From an uncultured virus (IMG/VR IMGVR_UViG_3300024933_000029) (Duplodnaviria; Heunggongvirae; Uroviricota; Caudoviricetes): a DNA stretch of 20,000 nt. The position numbers and the translations under genes were made by a program. How positions within the stretch are numbered: position 1 is the first letter of the stretch; every line of letters begins with the position of its first letter. Below the pieces are notes generated by a model. It did no database searches. It saw only the letters and a program-made list of their open reading frames with translations, and was not told where the DNA came from. Of this stretch, positions 1 to 9,331 are shown one piece after another. The stretch is taken from positions 52,401-72,400 of the IMG/VR virus record IMGVR_UViG_3300024933_000029; one strand, written 5' to 3'.

Positions 1-1
1 C

Positions 2-820
2 GGCCAGCGAGCCGGCACCATCCTGGTTTTCGGCCCTGAGAGCTTTCGCCTGGTGAACACGGCTCGTGCGCCCGGTGCGAACACCAAGCGCATCCAGCTG
101 GGCTATGCCAAGGGCAAGTACTCGCTGGTGGATCACCGCCTGGAAGGCCAGGTCCCCATCGAGAATGAAGAGGAAGCACAGGCCGTTCCCGGCATCGACA
201 TGGGCGCCATGGCGGTCAACACGGTGCAGGACGTGATGGCCAATGAGCGCGAGAAGCTCGCCTCCGATCTGGCTCGCAACCCTGCCAACTACCCCACGGA
301 AAACAAGACGGCCTTGTCCGGCTCCAGCAAGTGGACCGACCCCAACAGCAACCCGGCCGAGGATGTCAACGAGGCCAAGGAAGTGATCCGCAAGAAGATC
401 GGCAAGAAGCCGAATGTCATGACCGTTGGCCCCCGGGTGTTGTCGGCGCTGCGCAACCACCCCAAGATCCTGGACCGCATCAGCGTGACGGTGGACCGCG
501 TGCCGGCGACCATCGAGCAGTTGCAGCGCCTGCTGGAGATCGACCGCATCGTCGAAGGCGAAGCTACCTACTACGAGGGCAGCGAATTCAAGGACATGTG
601 GGGCCTGGACGCCATCCTGGCCTACACCACGCCGGCCTCGATGCAGCAGCGGGGTTCGCCGAACTACGGCTACACGTACCAGCTCAAGGACCGCCCCCAA
701 GTCGAAGAGCCGTACTTCGACAAGAACACGCAGACGTGGTACTACCCCGTCTCCGACGCCTACAGCCCCGAGCTGGTCGGCGCCACAGCGGGCTTCCTGT
801 TCCAGGGCGCGGCAGCGTAA
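2..820 (+). CDS. Major capsid protein (5' truncated by the window edge)
   Basis: Frame is open from position 2 (GQRAGTILVFGPESFRLVNTARAPGANTKRIQLGY...) to TAA at 820. It resembles, from memory, BcepMu/B3-type HK97-fold capsid proteins and lies upstream of the neck genes. Confidence 0.8.
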   Translation, partial: GQRAGTILVFGPESFRLVNTARAPGANTKRIQLGYAKGKYSLVDHRLEGQVPIENEEEAQAVPGIDMGAMAVNTVQDVMANEREKLASDLARNPANYPTENKTALSGSSKWTDPNSNPAEDVNEAKEVIRKKIGKKPNVMTVGPRVLSALRNHPKILDRISVTVDRVPATIEQLQRLLEIDRIVEGEATYYEGSEFKDMWGLDAILAYTTPASMQQRGSPNYGYTYQLKDRPQVEEPYFDKNTQTWYYPVSDAYSPELVGATAGFLFQGAAA

Positions 821-825
821 CGGCC

Positions 826-1260
826 ATGCCGAAGTACACCGTACTGTCGCCCGTCAAGCATGACGGGAAGCGCCACAACGTGGACAGCACCATCACGCTC
901 AAGGCCGACGAGGGTGCGGCACTGGTCGCGTTGGGCGTGCTTGAAGACCCGGCCATCGACGCGGCCCGTGCCGCAGCCGAGAAGGCCGAAGCCGAACGCC
1001 TGGCGGCCGAGAAGGCTGCTGCGGACAAGGCCGAAGCCGAGCGCCTGGCTGCCGAGAAGGCTGCTGCGGAGAAGGCCGAAGCCGAGCGCGTGGCCGCCGA
1101 GAAGGCTGCTACGGAGAAGGCTGAAGCCGAGCGTCTGGCTGCCGAGAAGGCTGCCACGGAGAAGGCCGAAGCCGAACGCTTGGCTGCCGAGAAGGCTGCT
1201 ACGGAGAAGGCCGAAGCCGAACGCCTCGCTGACGACAAGGCCAAGGGCGGGAAGGCCTGA
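826..1260 (+). CDS. Capsid-associated/packaging accessory protein (lambda gpFI position): small N-terminal domain plus Ala/Glu/Lys repeat helix, 144 aa
   Basis: ATG at 826, 5 nt after the capsid stop. MPKYTVLSPVKHDGKRH...LVALGVLE is followed by (AEKAEAERLAAEKAA)x~6. The 331 start in the ORF track is a shadow extension over the capsid gene. Confidence 0.7.
   Translation: MPKYTVLSPVKHDGKRHNVDSTITLKADEGAALVALGVLEDPAIDAARAAAEKAEAERLAAEKAAADKAEAERLAAEKAAAEKAEAERVAAEKAATEKAEAERLAAEKAATEKAEAERLAAEKAATEKAEAERLADDKAKGGKA
976..1245 (+). repeat. Six tandem 45-bp coding repeats
   Basis: Units start at 976, 1021, 1066, 1111, 1156 and 1201. They encode [A/T][E/D]KAEAER[L/V]AAEKAA with synonymous variation; the last unit is degenerate. 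Confidence 0.95.
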
Positions 1261-1262
1261 CC

Positions 1263-1598
1263 ATGCTGGACCTCGACCGCGACCTGCGCGAAGTGTTCTA
1301 CGGCGACGACTTCGCCCTGGCGTTCTCCATCGAGCGACAGGGCGCGGTCGTGGGCTCGGCCGCAGGGATTCTCGGCGTCATAGACGACGAGGCCCTGGAT
1401 GGCCGGGTCTTCGCTGCAGAGCGCACGCTGCGGCTGCCCTCGATGCACGAACTGCGCGAGCGCGATGTGCTGATCATGCTGGCCGATGAGCTCACCATCG
1501 GCGTGCGGATCGGTGACCGTTTCCGCGTACTGGCCGAGCCGAAGCGCGTCAACGATGGATCTGAGATGGAGGCGCTGCTGGGCAGCGTGCAGCCATGA
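1263..1598 (+). CDS. Head-tail joining protein (gpFII/Gifsy-2-like), 111 aa
   Basis: Size, position after capsid/FI, and a beta-rich pattern ending in GDRFRVLAEPKRVNDG. Confidence 0.6.
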   Translation: MLDLDRDLREVFYGDDFALAFSIERQGAVVGSAAGILGVIDDEALDGRVFAAERTLRLPSMHELRERDVLIMLADELTIGVRIGDRFRVLAEPKRVNDGSEMEALLGSVQP

Positions 1599-2056
1599 GC
1601 CAGCCCCATCCTGACGTGCTGCGCTATGGCGCGCCTTTCGTGATCGGTCGCACCGTCTACCAGGCGCTGCAGGCTGCACCAGGTCTGCAGGGTGCTGTGC
1701 TGCGCGATAACCCCTTGGCCGCTGCCGACCTGAAGACAGGCGGGCGGGTGCTGTTCGTGGAGGACCAGGCGGACAAGCCCAGGGGCGACCAGCCCGGCCA
1801 GCGTCCCCGACGTTCCTACGGATTCTCCCTCGGTGTCATCAGCCGGGTGGAAGCCGCACGCGAGCAGGCCCATGCCGACTACCGCGTCGCCAAGCGTGCC
1901 GTGCTCGAGTGCATGCCGCTGCTCACGCAGATGGGCATCGAGATCGAGGGCGGCGGCATGGCCGAGGGCGAGGTGCGCTACCAGCTCGAAAACATCGACG
2001 TGGGCGGCGCCCTGGTGCTGGGCCTGTTCACGCTCGCCTACCGCGATCCGACATAG
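1595..2056 (+). CDS. Putative tail terminator/completion protein, 153 aa
   Basis: ATGA overlap with the upstream gene. It sits directly before the tail tube and ends in a beta-strand (FTLAYRD), as in gpU-like proteins. Confidence 0.5.
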   Translation: MSQPHPDVLRYGAPFVIGRTVYQALQAAPGLQGAVLRDNPLAAADLKTGGRVLFVEDQADKPRGDQPGQRPRRSYGFSLGVISRVEAAREQAHADYRVAKRAVLECMPLLTQMGIEIEGGGMAEGEVRYQLENIDVGGALVLGLFTLAYRDPT

Positions 2057-2080
2057 GCGTCGGATCGATTCAGCAGATTG

Positions 2081-2107
2081 CCCGCCTTGCGCGGGTTTTG
2101 TTTTTTT
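2081..2107 (+). terminator. Rho-independent terminator-like hairpin
   Basis: CCCGC-cttgc-GCGGG followed by TTTTGTTTTTTT. Confidence 0.6.
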
Positions 2108-2121
2108 GGAAGGAAATCACC

Positions 2122-2898
2122 ATGTCCACTACAGCACGTGCCATCCTGGCCGGCGGCCTTGTCTCGCTGAACCCCTGGAACACGGCCACTCTGGCCTATG
2201 ACGGTTTCGGGCCTCCACTGGATGCCGACAAGTTCGAGATCAAGCCCAATTTCGAGGAGAAGGTCTCGGGATCCCGGTCGCACCTCGACTATGGCCAGGC
2301 CCGGGCCTCGGTGGTGCTGCCCAAGCCCACCGAGATCACCATCGAGCTGTCGGCCGCCAGCACCACCGCAATGGCGATGCAGTTCCAGGGCCTGGTCGCG
2401 AAGCTCACCCAGGGCGCCGGCACGATCACCGCGCAGGAAATGACGATCAACGCCGTGGGCGTCTGGTTGCCGGTGGGCAAGCGCAACCTGGTGGAGCAGG
2501 GCTTCTCTCTCTCCCCCGATGGTGCAGGCGATCCCTTTGTCCTTGGTACCCACTACGAGGTCAACTGGCTGCGCGGGGAGATCCGTGTTCTTGCGGTCGA
2601 CGGCGCGCCGGCCAAGAACGATGTGGTGAAGCTGTCCGCGACGTACCAGGCTGTCGACGGCAAGAAGATCCTGGGCGGGCGTGTCACCCAGGTGCGTTGC
2701 CAGGCGCGCTTCGATGGAAAGAACATGGTCGACGGGTCGCCTATCGAAGTGGATGTCCACGAATGCGTGCTGGGCGCCAACAAAGGTTTCGACTTCCTGG
2801 GCTCGGACTACTCGGCCATCACGCTGACCGGAAAGATCGTCACGCCGCCCGGAAAGACCGAGGGCTACGAGGTCCGTCTCCCGACCGCAGGCGACTGA
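2122..2898 (+). CDS. Major tail tube protein, 258 aa
   Basis: Strong RBS GGAAGGA before ATG 2122 (MSTTARAILAGG...). Siphovirus tube-like pattern (DFLGSDYSAITLTGKI) and position before the tape measure gene. Confidence 0.75.
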   Translation: MSTTARAILAGGLVSLNPWNTATLAYDGFGPPLDADKFEIKPNFEEKVSGSRSHLDYGQARASVVLPKPTEITIELSAASTTAMAMQFQGLVAKLTQGAGTITAQEMTINAVGVWLPVGKRNLVEQGFSLSPDGAGDPFVLGTHYEVNWLRGEIRVLAVDGAPAKNDVVKLSATYQAVDGKKILGGRVTQVRCQARFDGKNMVDGSPIEVDVHECVLGANKGFDFLGSDYSAITLTGKIVTPPGKTEGYEVRLPTAGD

Positions 2899-3081
2899 TC
2901 AGCGGCGCGGTGCAGACGTCTGTACCGCGCCCATCAGCAGCAGCACCGGCCATCCCACCACCACGGTGGCGATGGCCCCGGCACCGATCGCCATCAGGCG
3001 CTCGGAATCCAGCCACAGGCCCAGCAGGGCCAGCGGCAATCCCGCGCACACCAGTGCGATGCACCAGATCAATCCCTTCAT
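2899..3081 (-). CDS. Small antisense two-TM membrane protein, 60 aa
   Basis: MKGLIWCIALVCAGLPLALLGLWLDSERLMAIGAGAIATVVVGWPVLLLMGAVQTSAPRR. GAGG lies 7 nt upstream of the ATG on the minus strand. It fills the tube-TMP gap and its stop abuts the tube stop. Confidence 0.65.
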   Translation of the reverse strand: MKGLIWCIALVCAGLPLALLGLWLDSERLMAIGAGAIATVVVGWPVLLLMGAVQTSAPRR

Positions 3082-3104
3082 CCGCTGACCTCTGAGCGCC
3101 CAAC

Positions 3105-6100
3105 ATGGCAGACCCAAAGATCAAATACGACATCGAAGCCGCCGTCAAGGGCGAGGCCGATGCCGAGCAACTGGCGAAGACGCTGCGGGATGTCGGGGAT
3201 GTGCTCGAGGGCGATCTGCAGAAAAGCGCCCAGGACGCAGCCCAGGCCCTCGAGGCGCTGGGCGCCAAGCAGCGGGCGCTGAACGAATTCGGGGCACTGA
3301 AGCTGCAGACGCAGTCTCTGTCGCAGGAGTTTGAAAAAGCCGTCTCCACCGTCGATCGCCTGGGCAACGAGCTGCAAGATGCGGGCGGCAAAACGCAGAC
3401 ACTCGCCACCGCCGAGAAGACCGCGACGACTGCCACCCAGCAGGCCCAGGCCGAACTGCAGCGCAAGAAAGACGCGCTCAAGGCTGTGCGCGATGAGACC
3501 ACGGGCACGGCCAGGCGCACGGACGACTACCGCAATACTGTCGCGGGCCTGAAGGACGGCATCAAGGCTGCGACCGCCGAGCTGAAGTCTCAGCAGGCCG
3601 GCCAGCGCGAAGCGGCCCAGGCTGCGACTACCGCGCAGAATGCCGAGGCTGCGCTGCGCAAGGAATACGACCTTGCCATCGGCAGCGCAGCGAAGCTGTC
3701 GAGCGAACTGCGCGTCAAGAACGGCACACTGGCCGCCGTTCGGGACCAGATGCAGGCCGTGGGCCTGAGCACCACGAACCTGACTGCTCAGGAGCGCAAC
3801 CTGCAGGGCGCCGTGCAGCAAGTCCGAGAGGCCGTGGCGGCCATGGCGCCGGCATACCAGCAGGCCGCTGCAGCATCCTCGCAGTCCACCCAGGTGCAGG
3901 CAGCGAACCAGCGCACGCTGCGTGAGGGCATGTCATCGATCAGCGCGCAGCTGCAGCGCATCCAGCAGATCGCCACGCTGGCGATTGGCGGTGGCTACTT
4001 CGGTGGTTTGATCAAGGACGTAGGCGCGACAGCCGACGAATTCAAGAACCTCGAGGCCCGTGTCAAGCTCGCCACGGGTGAAGGCCCACTGTTCGAGAAG
4101 TCCTTCGGCGGCGTGCAGCGCGTCGCCCTGGCGACCAACAGCTCGCTGGAGGAAACCGGCAACCTGTTCGCGCGCCTGACCAAAGCCTCGCAGGAGGGCG
4201 GCATGGCTGCAGCCGCCGCGCAGGAGCGGGCGCTGCGGCTGACCACCACCATCAACCAGGCCACGCAACTGTCGGGCGGCGCGGCCGAGTCCGCCAGGGC
4301 CGCGCTGACGCAGCTGATCCAGGGCCTGCAGTCCGGCGTGCTGCGCGGTGAAGAATTCAACAGCGTGATGGAGCAGGCTCCGCGCCTGGCGGAGGCGCTG
4401 GCCAAGGGTCTGAACGTCACCACGGGCGAGCTGCGGGAGATGGCCGGGCAGGGCGCCCTGACGGCGGAAACCGTCATGAAGGCCCTGGAGGGCCAGGCAG
4501 ATGTCGTGGCGCGCGAGTACGGCAAGCTGCCGCCCACCGTGGGCCGTGCCCTGCAGAATCTTTCCACGCAGTGGACCCTGTATGTGGGCGCAGCCGACAA
4601 GGGGCTGATCAGCAGCACGAACGCTGCCAAGGTCATCGACGCCCTGGCCGGCAACCTCGACATTCTGGTCAACACGCTGACGATGGCGGGCAAGGTCTGG
4701 GGCGCGATGCAGATCGCCAAGATTGCCGAATGGTTTGCCGGCTGGGCCGCCAAGACGATCGCGGCCACCCAGGCGGTCGAGGCCAACAGCGTGGCCACGA
4801 CCGCCAACACGGCCGCGCACCGTGCCAATGCCATCGCTGTCAACGCCAGCGCGGCGGCCCAGGCGGCCAACGCTGCTGCCTCTGCCACCAGCACCGCCGC
4901 CCAGACTGCGAATGCCAAGTCCTGGGGCGAGCTGGGTAACGCCCTCAAGGGCGTGAATGCCACCCAGGGGGAATTGCAGCGGCAGACCGCGCAGAGCACG
5001 GCTGCCCTCGACGCCTCGGTGGCGGCCAAAGGTCGTTTTGCTGCCGCTGCTGCCTCGGCCAACACAAGTGTGGGTATCTTGGGCCGAGGTGTAGGCGCAC
5101 TCACGGGCCTGCTCGGAGGCCCGCTAGGCTTGGGCGTCGCGCTGACGTTCCTGGCACCGGAGATTCAGCGACTGGGCGTTTGGCTGGGTGAGACCGCCGC
5201 CAAGGCCATGGGCTACGGCAAGTCCCTGGAAGAGGCCGAGCGCCAGTCGCGCCTGTCTGAGGAAGCCGCCAAGCAGCATGCCGAGGCGCTGCGCCGCCAG
5301 GCTGTGGCCCTCGAGGAAGTCCGCAACCGAAGTTTTGACCTCAACAAGGAGTCGACAGGACTGATCGGCCAGTTTGACAAGCTGCGCAAGGAGGGCGATA
5401 CGGCGGCAGAGGCTATCGCAAAGATCGGTAAGGATTTTGATCTGGGATCGGCGCCGGGCATCCGCAACGCCTCGGCCGTGCTGGACAAGCTGGTCGCTGA
5501 CGGAAAGATCAGCGCGAGCGAATTCCAGGGCGCCTGGGCCAAGGCGCTGGACGGGCAGGATCTGATGAAGTTCGAGATCCTTGCGCGGCAGGCCTTTGCC
5601 ACGGCGGGCAGCGAGGCCAAGAAGCTGGGCAAGCAGATCGAAGACGCCATCAAGTCGGGCGCCTCTGAGGAAGTCGTCAACGGTCTGCGCCAACGCCTGC
5701 AGGGTGCCCTCGCGGCGGCCACGCGAGAGGGTGAGCGCGTGGCCGAGATGATGGACAACGTCCTGCGGGCAGCCGTGCAGCGCACGGGGCTGGAGTTCAC
5801 GGCCCTGGAGGGCGGCATTGGCAAGGCGTCGCGCAGCGCGCTGAATGATCTTGATGTCGTGATCCGGGGTCTCGATCGCCTCAAGCAGCAGGGTATTGAC
5901 ACCGGCCGCGTGCTCGAGGCCAGCCTGGTCAAGGCCATCAACACCGCCGACAGCCAGAAGGCCCTCGACGAGGTGCGCGTGCGCGTCGAGCAGCTGCGCA
6001 AGGTCCTGGGCGACAAGGTGGCGGACGGACTCCTCGACCAGGCGAAGACCAAGGCGCTGGAATTGTCCGATGCCCTGGACAAGGCCAAGCCCGGCATCAA

Positions 6101-7028
6101 CAGCCTGCGCGAGGCCATGAAGGCGCTGGGCGTCACGTCCGATGAGGCGCTCAAGCAAGTGGCGACCAGCTCACGCTCTGCCTTTGATTTCATGGTGTCC
6201 TCCGGCAAGGCGAGCGCGCGGGAGCTGAGTGAAGGCTTCAAAAAAGCGGCCGAAGATGCGATCGCGGCAAACAAGGGTATTGCGCCCGAATGGGTCAAGT
6301 CGGCAGCTTCAGTACGCGGCTTCAAGATTGAGGTCGACGATGCGGGTCGCGCGACCCTCAAGTCAGTCGGGGACATTGGCCGTTCGGCCAAGTCGGCCGG
6401 CGATCAGTTCAAGGATCTGGGGCGCACCGCTGCAGACGTTCTGCGCAGCATGGGCATCGAGGCAGACAAGGTCTCCGACAAGGTCCAGCAACTGGTCAAG
6501 CAGGGGCAGATGCTAAGCGCAGCCTTCCAGCAGAGGCAGGACAACCGCAACCGCGAGCTCGACGACTCCAAGTACATGAACAGGGGCACAACCGCTGCCC
6601 AGGATCTTGTGCCCACGTTCAACAGCCGGGAGGAGGCCGAGGCCTGGAAACAGGCCTGGCTGGAGCAGTACGAGCGCGACAACCCGTTCCGTACAACGGC
6701 CGGTCAGTTGGGCAACTACATGCGCGATCTCACCATGTTCGAGTTTGACCGGGAGCTTGACGCGCTGAAGATCCGCGAAGCCATGGAGACCGCCAAGAAG
6801 AAGGCCGAAGGCGGGGCTGGTGGCAGCGGTACTGGCGGCGGTGGGGAAGGCGGCGGCGGTAGTGGTGGTGGTAGTGGCGGGCGCATCGACCGCATCGTGA
6901 ACATCTACATCGGCAACAGCATGGCCTACCCCGTTCCCACAAACCTGACGGGCCAGCAGTCCATCGAGGCGCTGGCCCGTGAGGTGCTGCGCGTGATCGA
7001 GCAGCAAAAGATCCAGTTGGGAGCCTGA
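3105..7028 (+). CDS. Tail tape measure protein, 1307 aa
   Basis: Long Ala-rich helical protein with a typical tape-measure motif (AALTQLIQGLQSGVLRGEEFNSVMEQAPRL), hydrophobic GLLGGPLGLGVAL segments and a Gly-rich linker near the C-terminus. Confidence 0.95.
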   Translation: MADPKIKYDIEAAVKGEADAEQLAKTLRDVGDVLEGDLQKSAQDAAQALEALGAKQRALNEFGALKLQTQSLSQEFEKAVSTVDRLGNELQDAGGKTQTLATAEKTATTATQQAQAELQRKKDALKAVRDETTGTARRTDDYRNTVAGLKDGIKAATAELKSQQAGQREAAQAATTAQNAEAALRKEYDLAIGSAAKLSSELRVKNGTLAAVRDQMQAVGLSTTNLTAQERNLQGAVQQVREAVAAMAPAYQQAAAASSQSTQVQAANQRTLREGMSSISAQLQRIQQIATLAIGGGYFGGLIKDVGATADEFKNLEARVKLATGEGPLFEKSFGGVQRVALATNSSLEETGNLFARLTKASQEGGMAAAAAQERALRLTTTINQATQLSGGAAESARAALTQLIQGLQSGVLRGEEFNSVMEQAPRLAEALAKGLNVTTGELREMAGQGALTAETVMKALEGQADVVAREYGKLPPTVGRALQNLSTQWTLYVGAADKGLISSTNAAKVIDALAGNLDILVNTLTMAGKVWGAMQIAKIAEWFAGWAAKTIAATQAVEANSVATTANTAAHRANAIAVNASAAAQAANAAASATSTAAQTANAKSWGELGNALKGVNATQGELQRQTAQSTAALDASVAAKGRFAAAAASANTSVGILGRGVGALTGLLGGPLGLGVALTFLAPEIQRLGVWLGETAAKAMGYGKSLEEAERQSRLSEEAAKQHAEALRRQAVALEEVRNRSFDLNKESTGLIGQFDKLRKEGDTAAEAIAKIGKDFDLGSAPGIRNASAVLDKLVADGKISASEFQGAWAKALDGQDLMKFEILARQAFATAGSEAKKLGKQIEDAIKSGASEEVVNGLRQRLQGALAAATREGERVAEMMDNVLRAAVQRTGLEFTALEGGIGKASRSALNDLDVVIRGLDRLKQQGIDTGRVLEASLVKAINTADSQKALDEVRVRVEQLRKVLGDKVADGLLDQAKTKALELSDALDKAKPGINSLREAMKALGVTSDEALKQVATSSRSAFDFMVSSGKASARELSEGFKKAAEDAIAANKGIAPEWVKSAASVRGFKIEVDDAGRATLKSVGDIGRSAKSAGDQFKDLGRTAADVLRSMGIEADKVSDKVQQLVKQGQMLSAAFQQRQDNRNRELDDSKYMNRGTTAAQDLVPTFNSREEAEAWKQAWLEQYERDNPFRTTAGQLGNYMRDLTMFEFDRELDALKIREAMETAKKKAEGGAGGSGTGGGGEGGGGSGGGSGGRIDRIVNIYIGNSMAYPVPTNLTGQQSIEALAREVLRVIEQQKIQLGA

Positions 7029-7032
7029 CCTC

Positions 7033-7452
7033 ATGAGCATTTATTTGTCCAACGGCGCCCAGGTGCTGGAGCTGCCGCGTGACCTGATCTGGGTGGATGA
7101 GCTGACCTGGTCGAAGGTCTCCCAGAAGACCGAGCGCGGCATCTTCGGCACGCTGGTCATCGATGCCATGGCCCGCAACGGGGGCCAGCCGATCACGCTG
7201 CAGGGCGACGGCGATAGCGCGTGGATCTCGCGAGCGACGCTGCGCACGCTCAAGGCCTGGTCCGGCATTCCCGGGCTGCGCATGACGCTGCGCATCCTGG
7301 CCGAGGAATTCGAGGTCGTCTTCGACCATGGCGACGCCGAGGAGACGCGGGCCATCGCGATGCAGTCGGTCATCGAGTACAGCGACCCCGAAGACAGCGA
7401 CTACTACTGCAGCCTGGTGCTGCGCTTTATTGAGGCGAGCGAAACCCTATGA
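7033..7452 (+). CDS. Putative distal tail protein, 139 aa
   Basis: Immediately follows the TMP. Motifs LPRDLIWVDE..W and GQPITLQG are typical of this position in related tail modules. Confidence 0.55.
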   Translation: MSIYLSNGAQVLELPRDLIWVDELTWSKVSQKTERGIFGTLVIDAMARNGGQPITLQGDGDSAWISRATLRTLKAWSGIPGLRMTLRILAEEFEVVFDHGDAEETRAIAMQSVIEYSDPEDSDYYCSLVLRFIEASETL

Positions 7453-9311
7453 CCATCAAAGACGGCGACATCCGCCTACTCGAATCCAAGGTGATGACCG
7501 ATGACGCCAACGGCGGCGGCGGCCCCACGGGCAACGTCATCCCCTGGGGCAAGAGCAATGGCGTCTTCGAGGACATCACAGAAGTGGACCGGGCCGGCGG
7601 CGACGTGTCCATCCGACAGGTGCACGCGGCCGTGCAAACGCCCACCACCGAGCCGCTGATGGACACCAACATCATTGTCTCGGCCGTGCCCAACGATCCG
7701 AATGTGTCCATCACCATCGCGCCCTGCGGCGTATTCGCGCGCCGTACAGAGATTGCTGCCGCTATTGCGGCCTACCTGATACCGGGCACGGAGTGGGGCG
7801 GCTACCTGCTCGAGAATCACGTCCAGGGGCAGGGCTCGATCATGATCTTCCACCGGCCCGGCACGCCAGCGCCGACCATCGGCCGCACACTGATCCTCGT
7901 CTACAACGAAGGGCAGGCCAGCCAGGTGCTGCAGTATGTGCGTGTGCTGCGCGCCGAAACCGAGACCCTGCAGTTTTCCTATTCCAGCGGCGGCGGCTAC
8001 ACGGACTACACCGCCAGCGTCACCACGTGCGAGATCACCCCCCGGCTGCGCAGCGCCTTCCCGGGGTCGCCACCCAACCGTAGCTATGCGGCGGACCCAT
8101 CCAAGACCCGCATCCGGGACACCACCGTCGCAGATGCGGCCAGCTTCTACGGCGCTCAGCCTCTGACGGCAGCGGCGCAGTTGGGCGAGAGCATGCTGCG
8201 GGTGGCCAGCATCTACACCCAGCTGGTGCCCAACTCCCGCACCGAGACTGCGGCGCTGGACCAACGCCCGGCCGGCGTGCGGCAACTGGTGCTCGCCACC
8301 TCGCCTCGCGAGATCCGCGTGCCCAATGCGCCGCACACGCGCCGTATCAAAGTAGGCCAGGAAAACCGCAGTTTCAGCTGGGTGGCTATCCTCAAGCCGT
8401 TCCCGGCGCCAAACACGCTGGTGGTCTCGTTCCAGGTGATGGGCGTCTGGTACACCGCATCCGACAACGGCCAGGGGGAGCTGACGGGATCGGCCGTGGG
8501 CACCGTCAACTATGCGAACGGCTCGGTGTCCGTGACGCTGCCCGCACTGCCAGACGTGGGCAGCTCCATCATCTTCCAGTGGGGTGAGGCCTCGGCCTTC
8601 GTGAACCGCTCCAGTGCCACGGGCTGGCGGCTGCCCGAGCACGCCATGCGCCTGCCGCACCAGGGCATCAAGCCGGGCTCGCTGGTCATCAAATGGCCCT
8701 CTGGCGGCGTCGTGCGCACAGCCACAGGCAACGGCCAGGGTGCGCTACAGGGCGATGCAACAGGCGAAATCAACTACGCCTCGGCCGCGCTGCTGCTGCG
8801 CCCTCAGTTCATGATCGATGCGGGCGGGCAGTTCTTGATCGAGTACGACTACGCGGTGGTCATCAACAAAAACGTCCTAGTCAACCTCGACGCAGGCGGC
8901 TACGGCGCGATCACCCTGGACACCATCCCTGCGCCCGGCACCGTGTCCGTGGGATGGATCACCGTGCGCAATCTCTCGGCCAGCTCCGGCGCCTCATCCG
9001 GTGGCACCTCGGTCTCCAAAAACGGCGGCAGCGGCAAATTCAGCTACCTGCCCCAGGTTCCCCCGGCGCCTGCGCCCGTCATCACCTCGCGCGTGCCGCT
9101 TTCCGATGGCTCGACCACGGGCAAGTACATGGCTCAGGGCGGGGCGCGCGCCAGCGGCGGGGCCGTCTACATCGAGGTCGGCGCCACCAGCTCGCCCGAA
9201 GGCAATCACTACGTGCCGCCTGACGTCGATGGCGTGGTCTGGACCGATGCCGAGTACACGGCGGGCGTCAAGTCGATCGGCGGTGTGGAGTATCGGCGCT
9301 GGGGCGCCTGA
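7449..9311 (+). CDS. Tail tip/baseplate structural protein, N-terminal part (620 aa)
   Basis: ATGA overlap. Starts MTIKDGDIRLLESKVMTDDANGGG and contains repeated PG(S/T)...DxGQG...GxINY beta domains. Confidence 0.75.
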   Translation: MTIKDGDIRLLESKVMTDDANGGGGPTGNVIPWGKSNGVFEDITEVDRAGGDVSIRQVHAAVQTPTTEPLMDTNIIVSAVPNDPNVSITIAPCGVFARRTEIAAAIAAYLIPGTEWGGYLLENHVQGQGSIMIFHRPGTPAPTIGRTLILVYNEGQASQVLQYVRVLRAETETLQFSYSSGGGYTDYTASVTTCEITPRLRSAFPGSPPNRSYAADPSKTRIRDTTVADAASFYGAQPLTAAAQLGESMLRVASIYTQLVPNSRTETAALDQRPAGVRQLVLATSPREIRVPNAPHTRRIKVGQENRSFSWVAILKPFPAPNTLVVSFQVMGVWYTASDNGQGELTGSAVGTVNYANGSVSVTLPALPDVGSSIIFQWGEASAFVNRSSATGWRLPEHAMRLPHQGIKPGSLVIKWPSGGVVRTATGNGQGALQGDATGEINYASAALLLRPQFMIDAGGQFLIEYDYAVVINKNVLVNLDAGGYGAITLDTIPAPGTVSVGWITVRNLSASSGASSGGTSVSKNGGSGKFSYLPQVPPAPAPVITSRVPLSDGSTTGKYMAQGGARASGGAVYIEVGATSSPEGNHYVPPDVDGVVWTDAEYTAGVKSIGGVEYRRWGA

Positions 9312-9331
9312 ACAATCAAGGGGGCAGAAAC

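Noticed and set aside
976..1245. Regularly spaced repeats as a possible CRISPR array
   Set aside because: Contiguous in-frame 45-bp units with synonymous variation, no unique spacers and no cas genes.
6810..6881. GGC/GGT-rich tract near the end of the TMP
   Set aside because: An ordinary Gly/Ser linker in frame with the TMP.
3078..7040. Long minus-strand ORFs (e.g. 3995-5104, 5213-6391) opposite the tape measure gene
   Set aside because: Antisense shadows expected in high-GC coding DNA, with implausible Ser/Ala/Arg-rich composition.
9224..9331. Programmed -1 frameshift, intein or intron joining the two tail ORFs
   Set aside because: The downstream frame is open from 9224, but no X XXY YYZ slippery heptamer, intein terminal motifs or intron core is visible, and the second ORF has its own RBS.
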